Positions 1 through 7,780 of a stretch of DNA of 34,458 bases are shown here, piece after piece. Below the pieces are notes generated by a model. That model had not been told where the DNA came from, did not search any database, and saw only the letters and a program-made list of their open reading frames with translations. The number at the start of each line of letters is the position of its first letter. The first letter of the stretch is position 1. The translations under genes were made by a program, and so were the position numbers. Source of the DNA: a virus (Duplodnaviria; Caudoviricetes); the IMG/VR virus record IMGVR_UViG_3300030372_002192, positions 1 through 34,458 of that record; one strand, given 5' to 3'.

Positions 1-102
1 CCCAGAAAAAAAGAAAGCACCAGCTAAAAAGAAAGCACCAGCTAAAAAAGCAACAGCTAAGAAGCCTGCCCCAAAAGCAAAAAAGAAATAGACCCTAACT
101 GG
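1..102. repeat. Terminal overlap, copy 1 (circular assembly)
   Basis: 1-102 matches 34357-34458 except position 4 (A vs G); it cuts through the end of ORF 34151..34447. Confidence 0.95.
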
Positions 103-306
103 TGGTTTTACCATGCCGCTTGCAAGGGTGTGGATACTAATGTTTGGTTCCCATTAAATAGAAGTAACGCAACTTTACAAAAACCTATTTCAGTATGCCA
201 ACGCTGTTATGTTAAAAAAGAATGTTTAAGTTACTCACTCGACAACCGCATAGAGTTCGGTATATGGGGCGGATTAAGAGAACATGAAAGAATGAAACTG
301 CTTTAG
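88..306 (+). CDS. whiB: WhiB-family Fe-S transcription factor (missing from ORF track; no ATG/GTG/TTG start)
   Basis: Frame reads IDPNWWFYHAACKGVDTNVWFP...VCQRCYVKKECLSYSLDNRIEFGIWGGLREHERMKLL*: four Cys (C-x24-C-x2-C-x5-C) plus GIWGG; frame open only from 61, ATA at 88 overlaps upstream TAG. Confidence 0.9.
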   Translation: MDPNWWFYHAACKGVDTNVWFPLNRSNATLQKPISVCQRCYVKKECLSYSLDNRIEFGIWGGLREHERMKLL

Positions 307-587
307 AACGGTTCTTCTTCATCCTCTATGCTAATCGGTGGTTCAGTTTTATCCATGGATTGTCCGATTATTGGCATTACCGGAATGGGATCTTCTCCCT
401 GTGTCCATTTTTTTTCGCTCGCTTTTTTTAGCATTCCTTCACCAGCTTCTATTTGCTTAATGGTTAGGAAACCTTTTTCATTAAAAAAGTCAATTAATGA
501 TTTAGCAAAATTATTCCATGAATACGGCGCTAATTGTGTGCATAATTTATGCGCTCGTTTTTGTTTTTCATAGTCTATTTCAGTCAT
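303..587 (-). CDS. Hypothetical protein
   Basis: 94 aa ORF, ATGA overlap with upstream gene, last gene of leftward operon. Confidence 0.75.
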   Translation of the reverse strand: MTEIDYEKQKRAHKLCTQLAPYSWNNFAKSLIDFFNEKGFLTIKQIEAGEGMLKKASEKKWTQGEDPIPVMPIIGQSMDKTEPPISIEDEEEPF

Positions 588-712
588 TGCCTACCTTCTT
601 TTTTATATTGTTCTTCTTCTCGTTTCGCCATTAACGCATCTGTTTCTCTTTCGAGTTGTTCATTAAAGGCTTCTTCTTGTTCAGGTGTAAACCCTAAAAG
701 TTTTATTTTCAT
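584..712 (-). CDS. Small hypothetical protein (42 aa, MKIKLLGFTPEQEEAF...)
   Basis: Fills the gap with 4-nt overlaps at both ends; GGAAGG upstream. Confidence 0.6.
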   Translation of the reverse strand: MKIKLLGFTPEQEEAFNEQLERETDALMAKREEEQYKKEGRQ

Positions 713-816
713 AACTCGACACCTTCCTCCTCTAGCCATATAACCATTGTTAATAAAAACAAAGTAGTAAAACCTACTAAGTTAATTACCTGATAGATAT
801 TTAATCCATTAAGCAT
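709..816 (-). CDS. Small membrane peptide (35 aa)
   Basis: MLNGLNIYQVINLVGFTTLFLLTMVIWLEEEGVEL, one hydrophobic helix, GAGG upstream, overlaps neighbours. Confidence 0.55.
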   Translation of the reverse strand: MLNGLNIYQVINLVGFTTLFLLTMVIWLEEEGVEL

Positions 817-1066
817 CTTTGCCCTCCTCTTTAGGGTAGTAAATAAATTGATCACCTTCGCCCGGTACGAGTGATAGGTTAGATCCTGAATCCCATTTAA
901 CGTCAATGCGTTCAATGTAATATGTTCCGTAGTCGGCTTCTTCAACATCTACGAATATGATCTCACCTTTATCTCCCGGAGAAAGTTTTGTGTGTTCATC
1001 ATTAGTATGAACTAACTCTATGCGGTTACCTTTGTTAGGGAACCAATTATCATCCGACAAACTCAT
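809..1066 (-). CDS. DUF4314-like small beta-barrel protein
   Basis: GNRIELVHTND..LSPGDKG..IDVKWDSGSNLSLVPG pattern; SD AGGAG before ATG 1066. Confidence 0.75.
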   Translation of the reverse strand: MSLSDDNWFPNKGNRIELVHTNDEHTKLSPGDKGEIIFVDVEEADYGTYYIERIDVKWDSGSNLSLVPGEGDQFIYYPKEEGKDA

Positions 1067-1238
1067 CGCACTCCTGACAGATGTAGCCATCGTATTCAAT
1101 CCCATCACCATTAGGGTCATGCCCAAACGTAGGGATTCTATTAACGAATCGACCACTACCGGGAGCTGTACTCTCACGACAGAAAACACAGCCATCGCCG
1201 AGATCAACTCGCTTTGGTTTTTCATAGCAACAATTCAT
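1050..1238 (-). CDS. Small Cys-rich (CxxC...CxxC) protein
   Basis: CVFC and CQEC motifs; preceded by TTAAACCAAGAAAGGAG and a promoter. Confidence 0.75.
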   Translation of the reverse strand: MNCCYEKPKRVDLGDGCVFCRESTAPGSGRFVNRIPTFGHDPNGDGIEYDGYICQECDEFVG

Positions 1239-1267
1239 TGCAACTCCTTTCTTGGTTTAATAAGAAC

Positions 1268-1346
1268 ACTTTACAGGTATAACCCCCATTTGTAAATATA
1301 TAAAATAAAGTTTACATACCGGGCCCAATACCGTATAGTCAGAGAC
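1268..1346. promoter_or_regulatory. Divergent sigma70-type promoter pair (class I)
   Basis: Plus: TTTACA(1311)-17 nt-TATAGT(1334)-7 nt-ATG; minus: TTTACA-17 nt-TAAAGT; AT-rich tract between them. Confidence 0.85.
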
Positions 1347-1589
1347 ATGGAGTTAACAAAAAATAAAACCAAGAAAGGAAGTTCAATGTTAACATTTTCA
1401 AATGTCCAAGAGATTACAATCAGGGATACCCTCGTTGTAGATGGTGACTGGTGCGAAATAGATAGCATCAGAAAAACACACCAAGGCGAAATATACGTTT
1501 TCCGCGCTACAGTAATCGACAAACCTAACGAAAAAAGAATTTTTTCTATATCAAAAAACTCAAGAATGAGAGTTTTACGAGCAAGATAA
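1347..1589 (+). CDS. MELT-leader cassette gene 1, small beta-rich protein (alternative SD-led start 1386)
   Basis: Own promoter, conserved leader, terminator directly after. Confidence 0.85.
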   Translation: MELTKNKTKKGSSMLTFSNVQEITIRDTLVVDGDWCEIDSIRKTHQGEIYVFRATVIDKPNEKRIFSISKNSRMRVLRAR

Positions 1590-1595
1590 AAAAAT

Positions 1596-1630
1596 AAAAA
1601 AAGCCCTTCCATACGGAGGGGCTTTTTTTT
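1596..1630. terminator. Intrinsic terminator (bidirectional)
   Basis: A-tract, GCCCTTCC-ATAC-GGAGGGGC, T8. Confidence 0.9.
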
Positions 1631-1635
1631 ATGTC

Positions 1636-1669
1636 TGGACAAATACATAGGCAATACTAAACTGGTTAA
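1636..1669 (+). promoter_or_regulatory. Class II promoter, leaderless start
   Basis: TGGACA-16 nt-TAAACT-6 nt-ATG, no SD. Confidence 0.55.
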
Positions 1670-3232
1670 ATGGAATCAGAACAGAAGCAATTAACTCCTG
1701 CCATTAGAGAAGGGTTAAAGCGCAAGGTTGAAGAACACAATGAAAAAGTTGGTTCTGCCCGGTCTAAGCGAACAAACCTAAGAACTTTAGGTGCTGTATT
1801 TAGAAGGGGCATTGGTGCATACCGCACTAATCCACAATCAGTGCGCCCTAGCGTACGTTCTGAAGAACAATGGGCGTATGCGAGAGTTAATTCTTTTTTA
1901 TATGTTTTGCGGAATGGTCGATTTAGGTCAGGCAAACATGATACTGATCTGCTCCCGGAGGGACACCCCATGCGTAGTAGCGCTAAAGTTCAAAAAGCAA
2001 CTTACAAACCAACACAAGGAATGGTTGAAGCGGCACGGCGTGGGTTGAAACTTAGAGCTGAACAATCTCCTAGTAATCGTGGAGGAACAGTCATAGGGCT
2101 TGCAAGGGCTAGGGACATTATTAATGGAAAAGAATTATCAGCTTCTACTGTTCTTAGAATGCACTCATTTTTCAGCAGACACGCAATTGATGAGAAATCA
2201 GGCGGATGGAAACCATCTGATGATAATTATCCAAGCAAAGGATTCCAAGCGCATTTGCTTTGGGGAGGAACACCGGGCAAGTCTTGGAGTAAAAAAATAA
2301 GAGACCAAATTATGAGAGAAAGAGAAAAAGGTATGGAAGAAAAAATAGAAAAAGAAAAAGGAGCAATGACCCATTTGTTAATGGCGTATAACGAAATGAT
2401 GCCGTACACATTCGACGGTGCTTCAGAATTACGTCAAGACGTTATGGAAATAATACATGCGTTAGAAATGGAAATAGCTGGCAAACCTATGGACCACATG
2501 GAGGATGTTGAAACTGGTTACATGGATGATGATGAAGAAAAAGACTTTTATGACTACGAAAAGAAAATCGTTATGGAAGATGGACAGTTCTGTGTATATA
2601 ACGCTGACCGTTCTCGCAGTTTTGGTTGCTACATCTCCCGGGAGAAAGCTGAAGAACGCCTACGGCAAATAGAAAGTTTTTCATACAAGGCACAGAAAGT
2701 AGCTACTGAAGAATTAGTAAACACTTATCTATTAACAGATAAAAAACTAAGTAGCACTAACTTAGCCATAATAAATGAGTTAATCGATGAGGAACTTTGC
2801 AAACGAATGATAGATGGAGTTGAAACACATTCAGAAGTAAACTTAGCAACTATCGTAAAAGCTGAACAACGTTACACAATGGGCCCGGTTTATATACCGG
2901 GAGCTGAAGATGCGCATGGTGAAACTATCGACAGTGATGAGTTGCAAAAGTCGATTTGGGAATGGGTGCGGAATGGAGATAGAACTATCTACTTACAGCA
3001 TTCAGATAAACCAGCAGGTGAAATGGTAGAAATAATGACTATGCCAATGCAAACTGAAATGAGTTTAATGGTTCCCGGTGAAGGTGTAACTAAATACAAG
3101 TTCCCTACCGATACACCTTTTATGGGGGTTATTTGGAAAGACTGGGCTTGGGATTTAGTAAAAGCTGGAAAACTGCGAGGCTACTCCATCGGTGGGCAAG
3201 CACAGCGTGTTGAGGTTGAATTACCTCTATAA
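1670..3232 (+). CDS. Multidomain protein with C-terminal XkdF-like prohead protease domain
   Basis: C-terminus GPVYIPGAEDAHGE...QH...WDLVKAGKLRGYSIGG is XkdF-like; two basic N-terminal domains and an acidic linker. Confidence 0.75.
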   Translation: MESEQKQLTPAIREGLKRKVEEHNEKVGSARSKRTNLRTLGAVFRRGIGAYRTNPQSVRPSVRSEEQWAYARVNSFLYVLRNGRFRSGKHDTDLLPEGHPMRSSAKVQKATYKPTQGMVEAARRGLKLRAEQSPSNRGGTVIGLARARDIINGKELSASTVLRMHSFFSRHAIDEKSGGWKPSDDNYPSKGFQAHLLWGGTPGKSWSKKIRDQIMREREKGMEEKIEKEKGAMTHLLMAYNEMMPYTFDGASELRQDVMEIIHALEMEIAGKPMDHMEDVETGYMDDDEEKDFYDYEKKIVMEDGQFCVYNADRSRSFGCYISREKAEERLRQIESFSYKAQKVATEELVNTYLLTDKKLSSTNLAIINELIDEELCKRMIDGVETHSEVNLATIVKAEQRYTMGPVYIPGAEDAHGETIDSDELQKSIWEWVRNGDRTIYLQHSDKPAGEMVEIMTMPMQTEMSLMVPGEGVTKYKFPTDTPFMGVIWKDWAWDLVKAGKLRGYSIGGQAQRVEVELPL

Positions 3233-3481
3233 ATTGTTTTCTTGTTTATATCGTTTAATTTCTAAATAGACTATTTGTCGAGACACTCCGCTTTCATCGG
3301 CTAGTTGTTGTTGCGTCATCTTGTTATCTTTCCATAGGTGATACCAAATAGCCCTGCGTAGTTTTCCGCAGTCTGATATTTGCTTTTGCAATCTTTCCAT
3401 CGCTTCTGTTAATTCACCGCATGTAAAAAGCGTAGTGATATTTGTTCCCTCCGGGAAGTCTAGGTTTTCTAACATATTCAT
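3227..3481 (-). CDS. HTH DNA-binding protein
   Basis: MTQQQLADESGVSRQIVY helix-turn-helix. Confidence 0.7.
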   Translation of the reverse strand: MNMLENLDFPEGTNITTLFTCGELTEAMERLQKQISDCGKLRRAIWYHLWKDNKMTQQQLADESGVSRQIVYLEIKRYKQENNL

Positions 3482-3879
3482 TTATATCCTCTTTCATTAT
3501 CTGACCTATCGGTAATAACCAACCGTAAGCCATCATTGTTATTTCTTATAGGCGACCAAAAAGTTATGCGCTGTATATGTTTGCCATTGTCGTCATTGAT
3601 TACGTTTGCGTCTACTATGCCGTCTATTGCCGCTTTAGCCGCTGGGAAATGTGAAGCTGGGTCTGCTAGTTGCCCGGTAGATGAAGAAGTTAAAGGAACG
3701 ACATCAATGCTTACATATTCTAAATGCGGTATTTGTTCTATTTTCGCTAACCAAAAGAACTTTTCTCGAGTAGTTTTAGTGCGTGATGCTCGTTTGCTCC
3801 AATGCCAGCTCCGTTCACTGTTTAATGTCCAAGGGCGTTCGTCATCTTCTAAATGCCATCTGCGAGGAACTTTATTCAT
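3478..3879 (-). CDS. RusA-like Holliday junction resolvase
   Basis: D-x6-AKAAIDGIVDANVINDD acidic motif. Confidence 0.75.
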   Translation of the reverse strand: MNKVPRRWHLEDDERPWTLNSERSWHWSKRASRTKTTREKFFWLAKIEQIPHLEYVSIDVVPLTSSSTGQLADPASHFPAAKAAIDGIVDANVINDDNGKHIQRITFWSPIRNNNDGLRLVITDRSDNERGYK

Positions 3880-4217
3880 GTGAACCTCCTATATGCTGGT
3901 GATGGTTTTATTAAACCCATTTTTTTTGCTTCGCCCACATTGTTATGAACCCATGTATGGCACATTCGACAGATAGCAACAGAGTTAGCCGCATCTAGTA
4001 TGGAGCCGCCTGCGCTTCTTAAAATCGGTTCATGTATTTCTGTAGACCATCGGGTGCAAACGCTTGGTATTTTTGCTTCACAATACTGGCGTTTGTCTAA
4101 TTCCTCTTTTACGAAAGCCCTACGTTGGCGATTTGTTTTAGCACGTTTCTTACTTACCGGGGATAGTGACCCAGTTCGTTTCAATGGTGTTTTTCGTTTT
4201 AATGGTGTGCGTTTCAT
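3876..4217 (-). CDS. HNH endonuclease-like protein
   Basis: CEA...C...HE...RSAGG...N..ICRMCHTWVH; basic MKRTPLKRKTPL N-terminus. Confidence 0.75.
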   Translation of the reverse strand: MKRTPLKRKTPLKRTGSLSPVSKKRAKTNRQRRAFVKEELDKRQYCEAKIPSVCTRWSTEIHEPILRSAGGSILDAANSVAICRMCHTWVHNNVGEAKKMGLIKPSPAYRRFT

Positions 4218-4927
4218 ATTCCTAACCTTTGTTGGGCTAATCTGGTTTTTGCTAGTTCACAATAATCTAATTCTTTTTCTATGCCTATTGTGTGCATTCC
4301 TAGATTCCGGGAGGCTTCCAAAGTGGTTCCTGAACCCATAAACGGATCAAGTATCGTTTTTGGGTTTACCCATTCAAGTAATATCTCCATTAGTTTTAAC
4401 GGCTTCCCCATCCTTCCCATGCCGTTTGAAGCATTGCCGCCATCTTGCGGATAATCGAGAACAGAGTAAATCATTTTTCTTTCTCTAGGTGTGTATATTT
4501 TATGACCGCTTAAACGACCTTCTCCGCTTCCGATGTTGCTTCCTAGTTTTCGTGGTGTTCGGTCAGTATTATATTCACCTACATAGGCTTCACCTGTTTC
4601 ACCCCATACTAAAATAGTTTCATGGACCGTTAGCGGACCGTAATGCGTTGTCCACCGGGCATTGCTGTTCCCCATTTTCCAAATAAGTTCAAAACGTGGT
4701 TTACCAAACAGCTCATACAAATAATGAACATTTGAGGAATTAGTAAACGCTACTACGGTTTTAGTTTCTGGAAAATCCTCTTTTTGAAAGTCTTTGTATA
4801 TCTGAAAAGGTGCATCTAAAAACAGCAAATCAAATTCATCAAAGCCACCTGTCGGCAAAAGCGGCATAATCGACAAACAATCACCGTTATAGATTATGCA
4901 ATCATCGTCTGTGTAAAACGGCAACAT
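4214..4927 (-). CDS. Beta-class N6A/N4C DNA methyltransferase
   Basis: GDCL, DAPF (DPPY-like motif IV), KP, LDPFMGSGTT motif I, GIE. Confidence 0.85.
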   Translation of the reverse strand: MLPFYTDDDCIIYNGDCLSIMPLLPTGGFDEFDLLFLDAPFQIYKDFQKEDFPETKTVVAFTNSSNVHYLYELFGKPRFELIWKMGNSNARWTTHYGPLTVHETILVWGETGEAYVGEYNTDRTPRKLGSNIGSGEGRLSGHKIYTPRERKMIYSVLDYPQDGGNASNGMGRMGKPLKLMEILLEWVNPKTILDPFMGSGTTLEASRNLGMHTIGIEKELDYCELAKTRLAQQRLGI

Positions 4928-5103
4928 CAGTCATATATCCTTAACACTCGCCAACAAAAATCTATCCCTCCGTATTCTTCGTAAAGTTCTGCAAATTCTT
5001 CTTTGTCGTCAGGGTGATGAAACTCATGGGCGTTGCAATACGGTGGCGATACCCAACCTTTTTCTATTCCCCGGTTTAACCATTTATCAAATTCAGTAGG
5101 CAT
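4927..5103 (-). CDS. Small hypothetical protein (58 aa, MPTEFDKWLNRGIEKGWVSPPYCNAH...)
   Basis: Fills gap between MTases, TGATG overlap with next gene. Confidence 0.75.
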   Translation of the reverse strand: MPTEFDKWLNRGIEKGWVSPPYCNAHEFHHPDDKEEFAELYEEYGGIDFCWRVLRIYD

Positions 5104-6022
5104 TATCTAATCTTTCTATTAACGTTTTCATTGCGTATGCGGCTTGTTGCGGCACGACACCATTTCCATACATTTTTAATTGTGCGCTCGTTGATGAAAC
5201 GATGTCTGAAACCCAGCCCTCCGGGAGCCCCATCATCCATTCAACAAACGGTGGGTTTACTCCAGTGTTGATTGTTCCTCTTGGTGGCAATCGTCTGATG
5301 ATGTCTGCCCACCTTCTAATCGCAGGTTCATAAGGACCGAACTGACCGAAGATATGTGATTCTTCCTTTTCTTCCAATCCATACCGGGACCATGATGTTT
5401 CGCATCCGAAGCCAGCGGTGTCGGAAGATACTTCATTTCTAATGATGCTAGTTGATCCGCTAGGCGATACCGTGTCGCTTCTTTCGTGTAACGCTTGTCG
5501 AAACGATCTGGATAGCCTATCGCTCCCTCTTTCGCTACTGGTGTGTGTAGCAACGCAGAACCATCGCTCTCGTCTGTGTGGGGCTCCGACATCACTCGCT
5601 CGTATAAGTTGCCATTCCCATCTGCCGAAACCGTGTCGGGCCAATTCCGCACACACTCTTGCCATAGGGTATCCATCGCCTGTGGTAAGTATTGCTGAGA
5701 CATTTTCGAGGATAAGCCATTTTGCGTTTGCAGACCGGGCAACTCTGCAAACATCCTCAATGAGCCATCGTTCATCATCTACTCCTTTTTTCTGACCTGC
5801 GGTAGATACTGGTTGGCAAGGAAAGCCTGCCGTAACTATATCTACTTCAGGTGGTTTTATTATTTGTGTTAAATCGCCTAAGTTCGGTGCGTTAAAATGA
5901 GTTTGCATAACATTAATAGGATGCTTTTCTATTTCGCTAAACCATTTCAAGTCAGTTTCGATGAGGGAAGATAAACCTAGTTCTAGCCCTCCGTAACCTG
6001 CGCACAATGCCCCTACTCGCAT
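5093..6022 (-). CDS. C5-cytosine DNA methyltransferase B
   Basis: LCAGYGG, GFPCQ, ENV, HRRER, GNGVVP motifs. Confidence 0.93.
   Translation of the reverse strand: MRVGALCAGYGGLELGLSSLIETDLKWFSEIEKHPINVMQTHFNAPNLGDLTQIIKPPEVDIVTAGFPCQPVSTAGQKKGVDDERWLIEDVCRVARSANAKWLILENVSAILTTGDGYPMARVCAELARHGFGRWEWQLIRASDVGAPHRRERWFCVATHTSSERGSDRLSRSFRQALHERSDTVSPSGSTSIIRNEVSSDTAGFGCETSWSRYGLEEKEESHIFGQFGPYEPAIRRWADIIRRLPPRGTINTGVNPPFVEWMMGLPEGWVSDIVSSTSAQLKMYGNGVVPQQAAYAMKTLIERLDNAY
5257..5778 (-). CDS. Nested +1-frame ORF, putative target-recognition subunit of MTase B (start uncertain)
   Basis: 173 codons open inside MTase B with LLHTP and YLPTPLASD motifs. Confidence 0.55.
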   Translation of the reverse strand: MMNDGSLRMFAELPGLQTQNGLSSKMSQQYLPQAMDTLWQECVRNWPDTVSADGNGNLYERVMSEPHTDESDGSALLHTPVAKEGAIGYPDRFDKRYTKEATRYRLADQLASLEMKYLPTPLASDAKHHGPGMDWKKRKNHISSVSSVLMNLRLEGGQTSSDDCHQEEQSTLE

Positions 6023-6888
6023 ATTTGCCCATTTAAGTTATTAACTAATTGTTTTACAGCTTCTGCGGCTTGTTGCGGCACGACGCCGTTACCCATGATT
6101 TGCAAGGCGTGAGTTCTAGCTATATCTAAATCATCACCACATACATGGTTCTCCGGGAGCCCCATCATCCATTCAACAAATCTTGTATTGAGCCTGTAGT
6201 CTTTATATGGTTCTGGAGCTGGTCTGTTGATAATTTGTTCCCATCGATTGATTGCTGGTTGATATTTTTCAAAAGACGATCCAGAAAAACTAAATCGTGA
6301 ATTGTTGTTTTTAACTGTCCTGTACTCCCCGGTTTGCGCCCTGTGCTTTTCGCCATCCCTGACGTCAAACTTCTCCCCTGTGATCTTGTCGGTGTTGGTA
6401 GCAACGCAAAACCATCGTTCTCTTTTATGGGGTGCGCCAACCGCTGACGCTGGTATAGTTCCCCATTCCCAGCGTGTGAAACCGTATCGGGCCATCGCTT
6501 CAGCGGCTCTTGCAAGAGCGTGTCCGTTGTTAGCGGTAGTGATTGCTTTGACGTTTTCGAGAATAAGCCATTTTGATTGCGCTTCATACGCAACACGGCA
6601 AACTTCATCAATGAGCCATCTTTGGTCATGTAATCCCTTTCTTTGTCCAGCGATTGAAAAAGGTTGGCAGGGGAAACCTGCTGTAACAACATCAACCTTT
6701 ACCGGGGATGTTATTTCTTTTAAGTCGCCTAAGTTTGTAGTATTAAACCTCTTTTGCATGATCTTGTCTGCGTGTGGGTTTATTTCGCTATGCCAAACTA
6801 ACTTGGTTTCAGTAAGCTGTGACAAACCTAGTTCAAGTCCGCCGTATCCTGCGCAAAGCGCACCTACTGTCATTGGTTTATTTTTCAT
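6013..6888 (-). CDS. C5-cytosine DNA methyltransferase A
   Basis: Same motif set as MTase B; tandem paralogue. Confidence 0.93.
   Translation of the reverse strand: MKNKPMTVGALCAGYGGLELGLSQLTETKLVWHSEINPHADKIMQKRFNTTNLGDLKEITSPVKVDVVTAGFPCQPFSIAGQRKGLHDQRWLIDEVCRVAYEAQSKWLILENVKAITTANNGHALARAAEAMARYGFTRWEWGTIPASAVGAPHKRERWFCVATNTDKITGEKFDVRDGEKHRAQTGEYRTVKNNNSRFSFSGSSFEKYQPAINRWEQIINRPAPEPYKDYRLNTRFVEWMMGLPENHVCGDDLDIARTHALQIMGNGVVPQQAAEAVKQLVNNLNGQICE
6165..6695 (-). CDS. Nested +1-frame ORF, putative target-recognition subunit of MTase A (start uncertain)
   Basis: 176 codons open inside MTase A with LLPTPT motif. Confidence 0.55.
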   Translation of the reverse strand: MMLLQQVSPANLFQSLDKERDYMTKDGSLMKFAVLRMKRNQNGLFSKTSKQSLPLTTDTLLQEPLKRWPDTVSHAGNGELYQRQRLAHPIKENDGFALLPTPTRSQGRSLTSGMAKSTGRKPGSTGQLKTTIHDLVFLDRLLKNINQQSIDGNKLSTDQLQNHIKTTGSIQDLLNG

Positions 6889-6932
6889 AGATACTTGACT
6901 GTAACATAAGCCCAGTTATATTGACAAAAATT

Positions 6933-7166
6933 TTATGCACAGCGTTCCGTTTCTCGACTGGTTATTTCATACCAATCATGCCATATATCAATCGGATGCC
7001 TACCTAAAGCTGTTGCGTATTCGTCTGCTTTATACCAGCTTATTTTCTCCCGGTATAACAATTTGCGGTACATTTCAAGAGAACACTCTAAAGCGAATGC
7101 TCTTTGCATATGGTCCCTAGACATCGTTAAATTTAGAAACTCTATTAATGGTTTTGTTTCAACCAT
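6933..7166 (-). CDS. Hypothetical, possibly HTH-like protein
   Basis: KADEYATALGRHPIDIW; ATG 7166 follows stop of upstream gene. Confidence 0.65.
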   Translation of the reverse strand: MVETKPLIEFLNLTMSRDHMQRAFALECSLEMYRKLLYREKISWYKADEYATALGRHPIDIWHDWYEITSRETERCA

Positions 7167-7168
7167 TG

Positions 7169-7780
7169 CTATTGACAAACCCAATGTTGCCACCCTCCTG
7201 CTCTATGTTCGTAAATTAGCCATGCGCTTGTATTTATATTTGCAACCGGGTCGAATGGGCTTGCTCCTTCGTATCCCGCCATTTTTGCCCTCCACGGAAA
7301 ATAGTTTGATAGGTGTTGCATTAAACCTGATGCTCCGCTCGCTTCGTTGTATGCGTTTGGGTCACCACCGCTTTCACAACGCATCACCCGGAGAAACTTA
7401 GGAACATCAGTAGCAGGTCCGCCGTATCGTGTAATAGCTAAAATAACTTCGTTACGCCATTGTTCTACTGCTGGACCAAAGTTTTGGTCAGGCACAATGT
7501 ATTCATGTATCGGAACGGTGATGTTTCTTTCCATTGCACGTTGCCGATGGGCCCGGTTTGTATTCGGTCCGTAGACACTATCTTGTTCTATCCCTAACCA
7601 ATACTGCAAAAACTTCACCATCAAAGAGTTCTCGAACATGTCATATTCGTATTCGTATGTAAATGTTTCTACAGCTCCCCAATCAATATCGGGTTGCAAA
7701 TAGGCAAACGCATGACTGGAAGAACTAAAAACTAAAATGCTTACTAATAACGCAACTATTTTTTTTCGGGTTCTACCCAT
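7169..7780 (-). CDS. Exported lytic transglycosylase (SLT/Rpf-like)
   Basis: Signal peptide; CESGGDPNA...ASGLMQ...DPVANI...GWQHW lysozyme-fold motifs. Confidence 0.85.
   Translation of the reverse strand: MGRTRKKIVALLVSILVFSSSSHAFAYLQPDIDWGAVETFTYEYEYDMFENSLMVKFLQYWLGIEQDSVYGPNTNRAHRQRAMERNITVPIHEYIVPDQNFGPAVEQWRNEVILAITRYGGPATDVPKFLRVMRCESGGDPNAYNEASGASGLMQHLSNYFPWRAKMAGYEGASPFDPVANINTSAWLIYEHRAGGWQHWVCQ

Noticed and set aside
1-102. Physical direct terminal repeat
   Set aside because: About 100 bp long and cuts through a gene; typical of an assembler overlap on a circular or permuted genome.
809-1225. 138 aa ORF start from the track
   Set aside because: First 53 codons overlap the SD-supported gene 1050..1238; better SD and domain boundary at ATG 1066.
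1347-1357. ATGGAG leader as a CsrA/RsmA site
   Set aside because: Matches ANGGA but is not in a hairpin loop in the leaders, no csrA gene here, and the in-frame ATG plus antisense match explain it better.
1271-1654. 127 aa minus-strand ORF
   Set aside because: Runs through a terminator and promoter pair, antisense to a well-supported cassette gene.
5418-6898. Plus-strand ORFs 5418..5795 and 6302..6898
   Set aside because: Antisense shadows of the MTases; their similarity follows from the paralogy of the sense genes.
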